This document shows, piece by piece, positions 51,701-64,000 of a stretch of DNA of 64,000 nt. How positions within the stretch are numbered: position 1 is the stretch's first letter; every line of letters starts with the position of its first letter. The notes under the pieces were generated by a model that worked only from the letters and a program-made list of their open reading frames with translations, was not told where the DNA came from and searched no databases. Both the position numbers and the translations under genes were made by a program. The DNA is from Rhynchobatus australiae (taxonomy: Eukaryota): contig JAUZTB010000042.1 in assembly GCA_034780895.1 (NCBI GenBank), positions 30,301,714-30,365,713 of the forward strand, in the 5' to 3' direction.

Positions 51701-52751
51701 GGTAACAATTGAAGTCGCAGACCTTATTAACAAGTGCCTCAGGTTGTACTCAGAGTTATTGGCTTTTGGGTTCTTCCGAAAGATTTAACCCTATAAATAC
51801 CTGGTTTCCTTGCATCAAAAGGAGCAGGATTTGCACAGACAACACCCTCCAGTCATTTTGCATTGCTAAAATGTATTGCTTAATACTGTGTTAGGCCATG
51901 AATCAAAATGCACATTGTACTAATTTATATCAATAACAAAGAAATGCTATGCTCAGAACTGTTTTAACAGCACTGTCGTGTTACAGACACAGTGCAAGCA
52001 CAGATGATGAAATACTACACGACACAGCAAAAGCTGCATTGTTGCTTAAATGATTTTGAGGAAAAATCTTGGAAGCTCTTCAAATCATACTTAACAGAAA
52101 AGGAATTTTCTGTCGGTAGAAAATTACCGAAGGCTAAACCCTGCGTAGCTGGGGTTTCTTTAAAACACCGCGTTTTGTTTTCGGCACTCTCCCACTTTAT
52201 TTTTCTAAGAAATCTGCATAAAAACTTCCCATGTCCCCAGATCTGGAACCAACTACAACGCAACAATTGGTGGGTACACAGTCTTTTGTTAATTGCCTGA
52301 TATCCCACTGAAACAGCCGCTGGGTTCACAAAGCTCCAAGTCTAGTGTATGAATGAGCCTCCGTATATTCTAGACTTGAAAAGAGACACCTTTGCAATTC
52401 AATCGAAATAAAGTGTTCATTTTATGATGTGGTTGGGGGGGAGGGGTGGGGGTGAAGGAAGAGAAAAACTACTTTAAAATATATACAATGAAACAGATTG
52501 GATAATAACTCTATTACAAATTGTTATGCTCATAGACTATTCCAAACATGTGCATTTTCCTCTATGCAGTACAGTGCTTTTATCAAATGATAACATCACA
52601 TTGTATTGTATTGTGCTTAGCCCTTACCAATCAACACTTCCTCGTGATATACTAGTATACATAACGGAAGAAATTGGTTACAACTCTTTGTGCATGGTGA
52701 GTTGTAAAGTAGATAGGGCTGCTGCTTCACAGTTCATGCAGCCAATTTTAA

Positions 52752-53370
52752 TCCTGACCTCAGGTACTGTGTAGATTTTGCATGTTCTTAATGTGACCAC
52801 GTGGGCTTCCCCGGATACTCTGGTTTCAGAGTCATACAGCACGAAAATAAGCTCTTCAGCCCAGAGTCTGCATCGACCATCAAGCACCCATTTATGCTAA
52901 TCCTACATTAAACTCATCTCTCCCACATTCCTATCAACTCCACCTAGATTCTACCCCTCACCTACACATCAGTGGCAATTTACAGTGGTTAGTTAACCAA
53001 CTAGCATACATGCCTTTGGGATGTTGAAGGAAACCAGAGCACATGGAAGAAAGCCATGTGGTCACGGGGAGAATGTGCAAACTTCACAAAGACAAAACTG
53101 GAGGTCAGGACTGAACCTGGGCCACTGGAGCAATGAGGTAGCAACCCAACCAGCTCTGCCACCTTACTTGCAAAGATATGCTGGCTGGTAGATTAATTGC
53201 TTACTTTAAAATTATTGTCGATGGGTGGGAGGAGAATTGGGATGGAGTTGATGGGCATGTGATAAAGAATATGTAACAGGGAAATAAGTGGGGTAATGGG
53301 ATTGATAGGATTCTGAGAGCTAGCATAGATTTGATGGGCTGAATTGCTACCTTCCAAGTCGCAAGGAAAT
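52752..53370. mobile_element. HE1/V-SINE-type tRNA-derived SINE (minus, ~52828-53163) nested inside an older plus-strand copy
   Basis: The inner copy has an A box (GGTGGCAGAGCTGG), a B box (GGTTCAGTCC), the V-domain 'tgctctggtttccttcaacatcccaaag' and a CR1-like tail. The outer copy breaks at 'ctctggtttc' and resumes at 'caaagatatgctggctggtagattaattg'. Confidence 0.85.
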
Positions 53371-54234
53371 AGGGCAATTGCAGTATTTGATCCTTAAAGC
53401 CCTTTAAGCATTAACATATCATTAGAATGATGCATCCATCAAAATGCAGCACTGCCATAGCACCACTGAAGGCTAAGTGCAGGTGGCAGTGGGCATTAGG
53501 TTTTATCCTTTTCCTTCCCCACAATATCTGGGGTCTGGAACCAACCGAGTGGTGGCTGCAAAATCCATCATACCATTTAAAATGTACTTGAATGAGCACA
53601 ATGAGGGCAGCAACCTACAAGCCTACAGATTGAGAATGAGAAAGTAAGAGCAGTCTAGACAGGTCCATGTTTGAACAGCTTGATCGTGGGCTGTGGCCTC
53701 TTTCTGTGCAGTAAATTTAATCCCCCAGACTAACAAATACATCATGCAGCCATTGCTTCCCTGTACATTAGTTAACTAATCCTATTGAATGAAGGTATTT
53801 ATGAGCAACTAAACAATTATGACACATAGCTTTTCCACATAAACACTTCATCTTGCTCCAATTTCCTCCAACTCTGCTCTCCCAGGTTGCCACCACGCCA
53901 CACCCTCCAGGAGCCATTAGGAATCCTCCCGACTGATTGTTCCTGCTTTTTGTAATTTGTTAAAAAAAAATCAACTAACAGAACCTTCACCAGTCACCTC
54001 AATGTTTCCTGGAGCCCGATCTGGATATGTGTTGCAGCAGATTTTAAATAGGCGTTTGTTTGGACTCTACGGCAGTGAGCATAAATTAATCTCTGCTGTC
54101 ATACTGTTCAGCACGTTTTTATGTACCAGGTTCTCCCAAATGGTAAGTTCTGCTAGAAGTGCACTATCATAAGACACTGGCCAGTTGCCAAACATTACCT
54201 ATCTTGCCATGACAAAGAAGCTGTGAACACACAA

Positions 54235-54610
54235 AATAGAAAAAGGAATAGGCCACCTTGCCCCTCATGGCTGATCTACGCCAGGCTTCGACTCCTCTGC
54301 TGTACCAGTTCCCTATGGCTCTCAATTCCTTGATCTTCCAAAAATTTATCTGTCTCCTCCTTAAATGCCCCTGGTGGTTAAACCCCACCTCCCTCCAGAC
54401 AGAGATTCACCACCTTTCAGAATGCTGATGCAAATTTCTATGAAATCCCTCACATCATGGAACCACTATACCACCAACTAGCGATTCAAACAAAGTGATG
54501 AGGAGCGCTCTGGGAAGAGGGCAAGTGGGACTAGATAGCTTGCTCTTAAGATATGGCTGATACACTCTTGAAGGGCTGAACGGCTTCTTTCTGTACTATT
54601 AACATTCTAT
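54235..54610. mobile_element. Two short CR1 3'-end fragments (54235-54420 minus, 54500-54610 plus)
   Basis: 'aggaataggccacc...catggctgatcta' antisense tail and 'gggctgaacggcttctttctgtactattaacattctatg' sense tail. Confidence 0.7.
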
Positions 54611-57600
54611 GGTGCTGCATAATTCATTACAGACGTTCCACCCTGGGCCAAACACTATTTCCTCTTTCCCCATATTATTTTAACATATAGTAGCAGCTCA
54701 ATGTAGACAATGAAAAAAAGCTTTTAAAAACTGACAGTACATCACACAACAAACTGAACCAATTACATGATTTGATTTATTTTATATGGTGCTGAAAACT
54801 GTTGGTCTGGCNNNNNNNNNNNNNNNNNNNNNNNNNNNNNNNNNNNNNNNNNNNNNNNNNNNNNNNNNNNNNNNNNNNNNNNNNNNNNNNNNNNNNNNNN
54901 NNNNNNNNNNNACCATTCAGAGTGAGGTCACACTACATTAACCTTGTGCATTATCATTTCCCGCCTCTCCTTTGGGCTCATTACCAGCTGTGCCTCATTT
55001 CCAGCAGCAAAACACGTTGCTGCTGGGGCAAACTGTGAATGGGGGACACTGAGATTGGACTGGAGTGCAAAATCTGGGGAGCAGGGTCGGAGAGGGAAGA
55101 GGCATCACAATATAAAACAAAGGTACACAAAAATCTGATGCAAAGTTCCTGTTAAACAGTGGAAAAGGGTTGATGTATTCTAGAGTCAGGAGAAGAGTCT
55201 AGAATTGGTAGTGTGGTGCTAGAAGGCTACAGAGATGGAGGCTGGGGAAGTGGGCCAAGGGGCAAGAGATGCAAACTGAGGAGATAATTGTTGCCTCTTA
55301 TCCCTGTCCTTTCTTTCTGTGTTTTGCCTGCTCAAGGACAGCCTACTGATTCTTGAAACACCAGCACCTGATGGGAAATGAAGGCACAAGTTTCTCACTT
55401 CAAAAGGACACAGCAAGGCATAGAGTATTAATATTTTTTGAAATAGAGTAACTAATATCAGATCATATTATTTCACACTGTCAGTAGTTCACATGATCAC
55501 ATGTCCCAGAATACCTCCAACCAGAGATTCTACTTACATATATTAAGATTTTTTATTTCTTTAGATTTGCAAACAGTGATGCAAAGTGCTCAAAAAGAGA
55601 AAGGGGACATTTTATTCAGCACTTAAGAAATAAAAAGAGTGAACCAAACAGCTTTTTGACACTATATGCTGTTCAATAATTGTTGGTCTCAGCTCAACAT
55701 TCCTGCCTGAACCCTACAACTTTTAAATTTCTTGTAGTCTGAAAATCTACACAACCTGTATTGATTGCATTCAACTGAAACACGATGATCAAGATAAATG
55801 TCATTATTCTTTTTTCGTAGGTCATAGATATGTTTGCAGAGTCTGGCTGGCCCAGGGTGTCAATACTCATCTATTTGGACCACATTGGTTTCGTTGCTGT
55901 CATTATGAAACAAAACGTCTATTTTTATGTTTTTGGCTAGACTCTTAAAGCCCAACCTGAGCTGCTTTTGCTCATGGTTTATGTGTTATTTAAATACCTT
56001 AATACCCATGCAGACATAATTAATAATGAGCATTTTTTTCTTTAGTTATTAAATTCCTCACAGCTACCTGCCTCCATTTTAAGCATATTCATTTTACTTT
56101 ACCATAACAACCAGGTTCAGAAGTATCTTATGAAGGGTAAGAACTTGCCAATGCTCAAGAGTAGCAAATACTTTCACAGTACATGTTCACATGCCACAAG
56201 TGGGCTTTTTCCCAACCACCAGCTGCCAGCCCAGATTGGCAGCTATGTCCTTCGGGCTTGGCCAGTTTCTTCAATGGGGGTACTGCTGAGTCAAGATTGG
56301 TGAAGTTCCCTACTCAGAGTACATTCTGTTCCATTGCTACTCAGAAGGCTTCCTTGTTAAATTGCGCCCACTGGTTCAACCTGTTGTCACTATTTTCAGT
56401 TTTTCCTGAATGTTGAGCATTAAAAGAAACTATTGTGTTTAGATATCATAAACCAAGATAGTCAAGAGCTTCTGGTTGTAGCCAACCAAAACCAAAAGTC
56501 TGTTGTAGCACTGAATACAATTCCAGTATTCATTGACAAATTCAACTAAAATATGTAACCATGGTCTGTATCTCATTATCCCCAACAACTGGATTTTTAA
56601 AGCTGCCTTCAATTTTGCCAAACTGATACACATTATCTAATAGGAAACAGGAGTTTGATAGTCTGTTCAAAGTAGGATTGTAATATGTAGATTATTCCAA
56701 ACACCTTTCATGGTTTCATAGAGATACATACTCCAGAATGTATGTGATATTACCAGAATGCATGTAATGAACTGTGGGATAGGTCAGTCAACATCCCTTG
56801 ATGGGACAAGTTCACACGGGAAGATTGTAAAATGAAACCTGTCAAGTCACACCTGGAACCTGAAGTGTACTTTAAAATTTGAACTTGTGCCAAAACTTAA
56901 CGCAGATTAACTTTGTTCAGTCCTTAATTTAAACTGCACCTGAATGCAGAAGCGGTGCATCTTGGTTTCACCAATGAACAGTGAGACTTGAGGCAACAGA
57001 AAATGCTTGAGAATTTTCAACAGGTTTTAAGGCAGTGTTGTGATGGGATGAGTTGACGGACAGGAGAAACAGAGCAATATGTATATGAGACATATTTAAA
57101 GTGCTCTTTAAGTATAATACGAACATAAAGAAAAAGATATTCCAGAATGAGAGTCCTGCACAGTAGATTTTCTTCCTTGATACTCAGCAAAAACTGAAAA
57201 TAGTGACAGCTGGTTGAACCAATAGATGGGATTTAATGGAACAGTAGTAAGGAGATGATGTACTCTGGGTAGGGAGCTTCACCAATAGTGATTCAGTAGT
57301 ACTACCACTAAGGAAGTTGGCCAAGTCCTGAAGAACAAGGCTGCCAATCCACACCAGGGTTGGTAGTTAGGGAATATCGTCCACACGAATCTAACCTGGT
57401 GCAAGATGCAAATATCTCCAATCCAAATACTGAATTGCTGAGAGAAATTTGCATCTGAACTTGTGAAATAGTTCAGCAATTTTCCATCACTTTCAAGCTA
57501 GGTGAACAACTTTTAATTGCTTCATTAATGGCCTCCTTCTTTTAGAACAACAAAGTACATTATTTGGTGATTACTATTGCCTCCATTTAGAATTGTGCAG

Positions 57601-58469
57601 AATTTACACTTGGTATTATCTCAAAGACCGAAGGGATTCATACTTTTATAGGACTACAGAAGCAGATATGGATAATTTGCAGGAAGTAGCTTATATAACA
57701 AATAGCCATGCCATCATTTAATTAGACATAAGGCAATAACAGTCAACTCCTGATTGTAAAGAGCATAGGATTTTCTTCTAGGAGAGATCATCGATGATGA
57801 ATTGAGAACAACTAGATCAAAATGAGATATTTAACAGCCTGTAGGGACCAGTCCTAAACAACATTAAATTCTTGGCAACGTCCAGCCAATGTAAGCAGAG
57901 GACATTTACAGGACTGAACTTTCCGGAAGGGTAGAGGCATTATGCCTTATATTGTTGTATGGCTCAGGATGTAATAAGAAAATTAGCACGCAACTTGCAA
58001 GTTTTCTTTAAAACAGAAAGCCCTTTGAGAAAGGAAACAGTAAATTAAGTGATAAAGCCAAGATACCAGAAACTTTCCAGGACAATGCAGAAGCAAATTT
58101 GCAACAGGATTTTCACCTTAGTGTGGTTGTCAGTGAAAAGCACAGAACATTCACACTATGTTATAACAATGCTAATATGAAGTGCCTTATAACAATGCTT
58201 TATAAAGTTCACCTGTTCTGATGTAGAGAGGGAACAGCCTCAACTACAACAGGTAACAAGAGTGCCATCTTTCTTCCTGGGCCAATAGCAATTAACAATG
58301 AGATAAACGATTCTAAACAGATGGAAACTAAACAGATAGCTTCCCACCATGATTATACATCAACTTGTTTTAAGCATTCCTCCTAGTCGCATTATTCACC
58401 ATCTTATGTCGACTGCAAAATAAATTACATTTCTAACTTAACCCTGCCCTTACAAAGCAGACAGATTTG

Positions 58470-59020
58470 AATTTGAATTTGTAGATTGCCCTTCACATCT
58501 TGCTCAGGACACCACAAAGCCCTTTGCAGCCAATGAGATAAGATTATCTTTATTAGTCACATGTACATTGAAACACACACTGAAATACATCATTTGTGTA
58601 GAGTGTTCTGGGGGCAGCCCACAATTGTCGCCACACTTCCCGCGCCAACATTGTATGCCCGCAATGAAATCACTATTGTAATGTTAGAAATCTGGCAGCT
58701 AATTTGTGCACAGCAAGCTCCCGCAAACAGCACTCTAGGGGAAACTTGTTTCTAGAAATGTTGATTGGCAGATAAATATTGCCAGATATTTCACCTATTC
58801 TTCTTCAAAAAGCTGCCATGGTATATTTAACGTTGACTTCGGAGAACAAATGTGGCCTCAGTTTAAATGCTTCATCCAAACGTTGGCACCTCCAGCAGTG
58901 CAGTACTCCCTCAGTGTTATACTGAGGCCTAGCCCAGAGTTTTGAGCCCAAGTGTATGGGTTTGAACCTGGAGCCTGTTGATTGAAAGACGAGAGTACTA
59001 TCTCCTCAGTCACAGCTGAT
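58470..59020 (-). mobile_element. Deu-domain (SacSINE1/AmnSINE-related) SINE interrupted by a 125-bp insertion
   Basis: Blocks 'gcagctaatttgtgcacagcaagctcccgcaaacagc' and 'ggcacctccagcagtgcagtactccctcagtg'; antisense B box (ggttcaaacc). The insert at 58537-58661 is flanked by caatga direct repeats. Confidence 0.8.
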
Positions 59021-59049
59021 ACACTTAAAGTATTTTTAAACTCTTACAA

Positions 59050-59520
59050 TCTATAGCCAGGTTGACCAAACTGTTTCAGAATAAATAGATACCTGGATAT
59101 GGAAGGAATGGTGACGTGCACACAGAGAGGTGTTTTTCTTTAAGATTTGAAGGCAGGAAACAAAGTGATTTTTGCAGGAAACTTCAAAGTGTAAGGAAGT
59201 TATGTCAAAAAGAAGTGGCTCTGCTGAGGGGAGAAGAAAGTGGGGAAGGAGCAATAATCCGGTGTCAGAGGAGTGGGAAGATGTACAGCTGGAGAGGATC
59301 GGTCACGGAGGCTGAAGCAAGGCCCTGGAGGGGTTTGAAAATTAGGCTTTTGAAGTCAATTCACTTGGGTACAGGGAGCCATGGGCCAGGAGGATCTGAA
59401 TTAGTTGGAGTTTGCGAAGGGTGAAGTGGGAGGTGGGGAAGGGGTAGGGGCAGAGGGAACGTAAAGAGAACCAGATGTCTGGCAAGGAAAATGTTGGAAA
59501 AGTCAGGCTTAGGAGGTGAA
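59050..59520 (-). mobile_element. L2-type LINE 3' relic
   Basis: Antisense 'ttttcaaacccctccagggccttgcttca...ctccagctgtaca' resembles the L2 ORF2 C-terminus (FK.L.GLAP). Confidence 0.5.
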
Positions 59521-61149
59521 GAAAGTGTAGACTGAGTTTAGCTGCTGGCAAGAAAGTGGAAGGGCTATAAACAGTCAATATTATATATTCCAAATATACA
59601 ATACTGCATAGGTCCCAGCAATAAGCCACACGTAGGAAGCACTGTGGAAGCCAGACTTTATTTAAATAGATGGAAAATTGGGCAAATCTTTTTGTTTTGA
59701 TGACATGACCCTCACCTTCTGATTTTCCTCTAGGTACTCCAGGCAAGGACAAAAGAAAATGACCCAACTACATTTCTGCTAGAGTTGGTTAGAGATGGAA
59801 TCTTGGTCCAGAAACTGAGACCTCCAGTTCTTCAAATAATGAGGATCTTTTAAATCCATCCAAGCAAATAGACAGTTTGTTTTTGATGTCCCTTCTAAAC
59901 AGCATCAAGGACCAGGTCTTATGGCAGGAAAGTAATTTTTTTTTGCAGAATTGCTGTTCCCAAGAGATTAACTACCAGAACATAAGCTGGGTATGGGTAT
60001 GGANNNNNNNNNNNNNNNNNNNNNNNNNNNNNNNNNNNNNNNNNNNNNNNNNNNNNNNNNNNNNNNNNNNNNNNNNNNNNNNNNNNNNNNNNNNNNNNNN
60101 NNNATGGGTATGGATTGATTTTATTTCTTTCAAAAGCAACCACACAATTCCAAGTGAAGGAAAAATCCATTTTATAGAAAGCAAGTCCTGAGTTATGATT
60201 GATATGCTACTACTGTCTCCTGGAGCCTTGATAGATTGACAGATACCAGAGATTTCCCCAAATTGGCTGTGTGTTATTTTTCTGATTTGCCTTTTCCAGA
60301 ATTGGCCATGATTAGTGGGTGGGCATGCAATGTGTGTTGCATTGTTTCTGAATGGACTACGTGTAATAAGCAGAGCCTTTTCCCATCTTTTTATTCGCCA
60401 TCTGTGACAATGATGCAGCTGGGTCTGCTAATGAAACAGTAGTCACCCTCTGGGGCCACTGTGGGAGTTAAAACTTGCAGGTTTCAGGAAATGCAGACTT
60501 TAGACATCAGAGGCTAATTAGACCAAGGCATACAGATAATTTGGCCTCCATTTTAAAGTCCGATATATTGACTTTTCTCTGGATATTTCCATTATAAATT
60601 TTGATGACCATTCTATAACAAACTTCCAAAGTAAATTGAATGCAGCACCCTCACAGGTAATTAACAACATGCATTTACTTAACTCCTTTAATGCCAAGTT
60701 CTTCAAAGGAAAGTTATCAAATAAAGTTTGACATCAGAGTTCATAGTTGGAATCAGTTGGAAAGGTTAGATGTAAAGAAGCGATGATGTAGACCTCCATT
60801 ATAAACATGGCATTATAGAAATAATTAACAGTAGGTACTAATCAATATTACAGAGTCAAACTGAGAACATGGTGATTCTGTTGCCTGTCTTATATCTTCA
60901 TGCTACTGTTTCTATGTCTTTTTTCCTCACATCCCTTTGTCCTGCTCTAATATGTTTAGTACATGGATACTTGGGATGAATAGTTTATCTTATGAACAAA
61001 GATTAGACAGGCAAAGCTGGTATCCACTGGAGTTTTAGAAGGGTGAGAGGTGACCTGAGTGAAACACTGAAAATCCCAGGGGATCTTTACAGAATAGGTG
61101 TGGAAAGAATGGACTTCTTCAAAAGGTGTTTTTTTTTGTACAGCAGAGG

Positions 61150-61615
61150 TAGACAAATTCTTGAAATCCAGGGAGGGAAGAGGCTGGTATGTGATGGGTG
61201 CAGCCAGATACAGAAGGTATTGGCAGATGGAACCAGGTGTGGGAAGGGGACAGGAGGCATTAACAAAGGAAGAAGAAAACTAGGTGGACAGGTGAGCAAA
61301 TATGGGGGGAGACACAGGGGTATAGTTCATACCATTAGGTTGGAAGCTACCCAATCAGAATACGAGATGTTGTACTTCCAATTTGCATTAGACCTCTCCA
61401 TGATTATGGAGAAGGCAGAGGACAGACAGGTCACTGTGGGAGTAGGAAGGAGAGCTGAAATGACATGCAAACCAGAAGCTCGAGATCTCCATTTTTGACA
61501 GCACCAGAAGCTCCACAAAATCGTCATGTGTATGCTTGGTTTCACCAGTGTAGAGGAGGCCACACTGTGAACAATGAATGCAGTAGAACAGGCTGGAAGA
61601 GATGCAGGTGAACCT
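61150..61615 (-). mobile_element. Penelope-like endonuclease fragment
   Basis: Antisense 'FTCISSSLFYCIHCSQCGLLYTGETKH', same family as 47985-48790. Confidence 0.85.
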
Positions 61616-64000
61616 CAGAGGACAGCCTCATGCAGGAGGGCAGATGCCATATCAGGGCCTCTATGTATTCGATCAGACTGGAGGGTTGGGGCCTCAGAGG
61701 ATCGAGAGGCAAGACTGGTGAGTGAAGTAGGCACCATCAGATCTGCAAGCACAATTCATGGCAGGAAGTACTCGAATTTCTGAAGCAACTTGAACAGACC
61801 TGGAAATGATCATCAGCTGCTACCCAAAGCACATTTTCAACTGGATGACACTACAATACACAACATCATACCATCAGCTTTCAGGGTCATTAATTTTTTT
61901 TTAAACAAGAAAATTCAGCTGGGGGTAATCAATTTGCTTCAAAACTCAAGTGCATTCACTGAAAATTGAAGTTACATATCATTCTCTCTTTCTGGATCCT
62001 TTGTCCCCTCCCCCTCCCCATATCAAAAAGCTGACTGTATACTTCCTTAAATAACATGTGGGTCCACCATGTATAAGGCTTGTAAACTTAAGCGGGCAAC
62101 TGGGAATGTGTAGAAAATTGAAACAGTGTGCTACAGTCGCTTGGCATTACTAATGTAAAACTGAGCTGTGCACATAACCAAAAGGGACTGGCCTAACCTG
62201 AACACTGTTGGGAAGCCACGGCCCTCATATCCTTCCACTGTTCCTTTTTTATCACTGATCCCAATCATCCAACCAAGCCCTTTCTTGATCCTTTCCCACT
62301 CTCACGATCCTCCCTCTCTCTCCCATAATCCTCTCCCAATACCCCCTCTCACCCTCCACTGCCCTAATATAACTGCCGAGGTCACCAACTCCAAAATCTC
62401 CACTGCCCACACAATGGTAGAAGACAGGTCATGCACCAGTTTCCTCATGCAGGCTCTTTCACAACAGACAATGCCTAGAACCTCATCCTTCATAGAATAT
62501 TGCTTTCTAGGTGCCTCACCAAAGATGCTCCACAGGGGATGCTTTCTGGCACTTAATTTTTGGATCCAGTCTTCATTTGTACGGCAGATTTGATCAAATT
62601 GTAACTTCAATTTGATCTTATCACAGTAAAAGTTTCAAAATTTGTCTCCTAGAATTTTTCCAAATAATAGTTTTTGATTAGAAATTGCTAGAACCTAAAG
62701 AAATCCAGTTAACTGAATGATATGACATATTGAAATGGTAATTATATACATTACATGCGATCTAAATTCAACTCCATCTTGCAACTGAAATAAAATATCA
62801 GCACAAATTCAAAAGAACAAAAAATATTAAACAAATTATTAAAAGATTCTCAATGCAATTCAATTATAAAATTTAATAACTGAATTATATTTCATTTTGT
62901 TTTAGCCCACTATCTTAGACAATTGTGGTGAGCAATGGTTGCTGAGCATTCTAATTCATGTACAAAATCTGGTTCCATCAAAGTTGATGGAACTGGCTAC
63001 TGGACAACGCACAGCTCTGCAACACTACACGTTCAGTGAGAGTGACCGAGGATAAGTCTCCATCCGGAGAACTTCCAGTTAGGAAACACCATATGGGAAA
63101 TATTTTCAAAACTGCTTCAGGAGCACTGTCATAATACAGAAGCCATATTATGTGGATTGAGGAGTTCCCTTACATATTTCTGATGGAAAAGCTGGGACAC
63201 TGCTGATAATTGGGACAGTGGTAAACAGAATCTCTGATACTTAAATGCAACTTACCCAAATGCAAAATCAAAAAAAAAACGATAATTCCTCTTTGTATTC
63301 TACTTATTTAAAAGTGAACATTCTCCATGCTAGAGGTGAATGCTAAAAATAAAATAATCTCTTGTTTAAGATTCACAACTTATATCAAAGTTCCTANNNN
63401 NNNNNNNGTTTGAGTGCTTCTAACATAACAACGAACTCTGGATTCTGCCACTGGACAATTCATATTTGGGAGAGGGTTGTAAAACACTATTCATATTGGA
63501 TCAGTATGAGGAATTATATTTATTACTACCTTCATAAACTTCAGTTCATTTTATGCAGATTTCTCCACTGCAACATTGGCTGAAGAGTAAAATACTAAGA
63601 GAGCTACCACTCTTCACTTCGAAGTTTTTGAAACTGGAAAACATCAGATGATTGATCTCTCTCGGTGCTTTCTCATTACAAACGTGCAGACAAAAGCAGT
63701 CATCATATTCCTCTTTCTTCAGCTGCATTCCAGTACAATTGATGGGTCTGAACCATGGTCATTGGCTTTGCAGACCTTAAAAAACCATATGGCTAAAAAG
63801 TGACATTGAGCCAAGACCACCCTGTAAGTAAAGAGATCATAAGGAACCAACCTGCACTTGTGCACCAGTTACGACTGAAATCTATGCAACACATCCCAAA
63901 GTCCATTATTCTTGATACAGGACCAGCAAAAAAAAGGGAGTAGAAGATGTACAGCTTCGTTTATTGTGTGCACATACTTTGGTGAGAGTTGACCCAATTT

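Larger units (their letters stand above)
2012..63407. other. 15 assembly gaps (N runs), many of ~100 nt placeholder size
   Basis: N runs begin near 2012, 9772, 11347, 13302, 23862, 26985, 33057, 43768, 44594, 45367, 47247, 50536, 54812, 60004 and 63397. Confidence 0.95.

Overview
AT-rich vertebrate genomic DNA with 15 N-gaps. The repeat content (CR1/HER1-like LINEs, HE1/V-SINE, Deu-domain SINEs, Penelope, RTE) points to a cartilaginous fish, probably a ray or shark (inference). Almost all ORFs in the supplied track are spurious. Two genes are supported. (1) One intact 121-bp minus-strand exon of contactin-2 (CNTN2/TAG-1; second half of Ig6) at 41905-42025, with no other contactin exon recognised in the window. 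(2) The 3' exons of a plus-strand C3orf18/SMIM29-family small membrane-protein gene at about 3.66-8.57 kb. This gene may be a third paralog nested antisense within a large CNTN2 intron. The rest is intronic or intergenic DNA with decayed transposons. Notable items there are Penelope terminal repeats carrying degenerate hammerhead-ribozyme cores, a ~45-bp minisatellite built from a CR1 coding motif, a 38-bp CR1-derived fold-back hairpin near the CNTN2 exon, a Gypsy relic with a tRNA-Leu PBS, an L1 ORF1 relic and nested SINEs. No prokaryote-type system (CRISPR, operon) is present. Repeat boundaries are approximate, and family calls are by eye from remembered consensus motifs.
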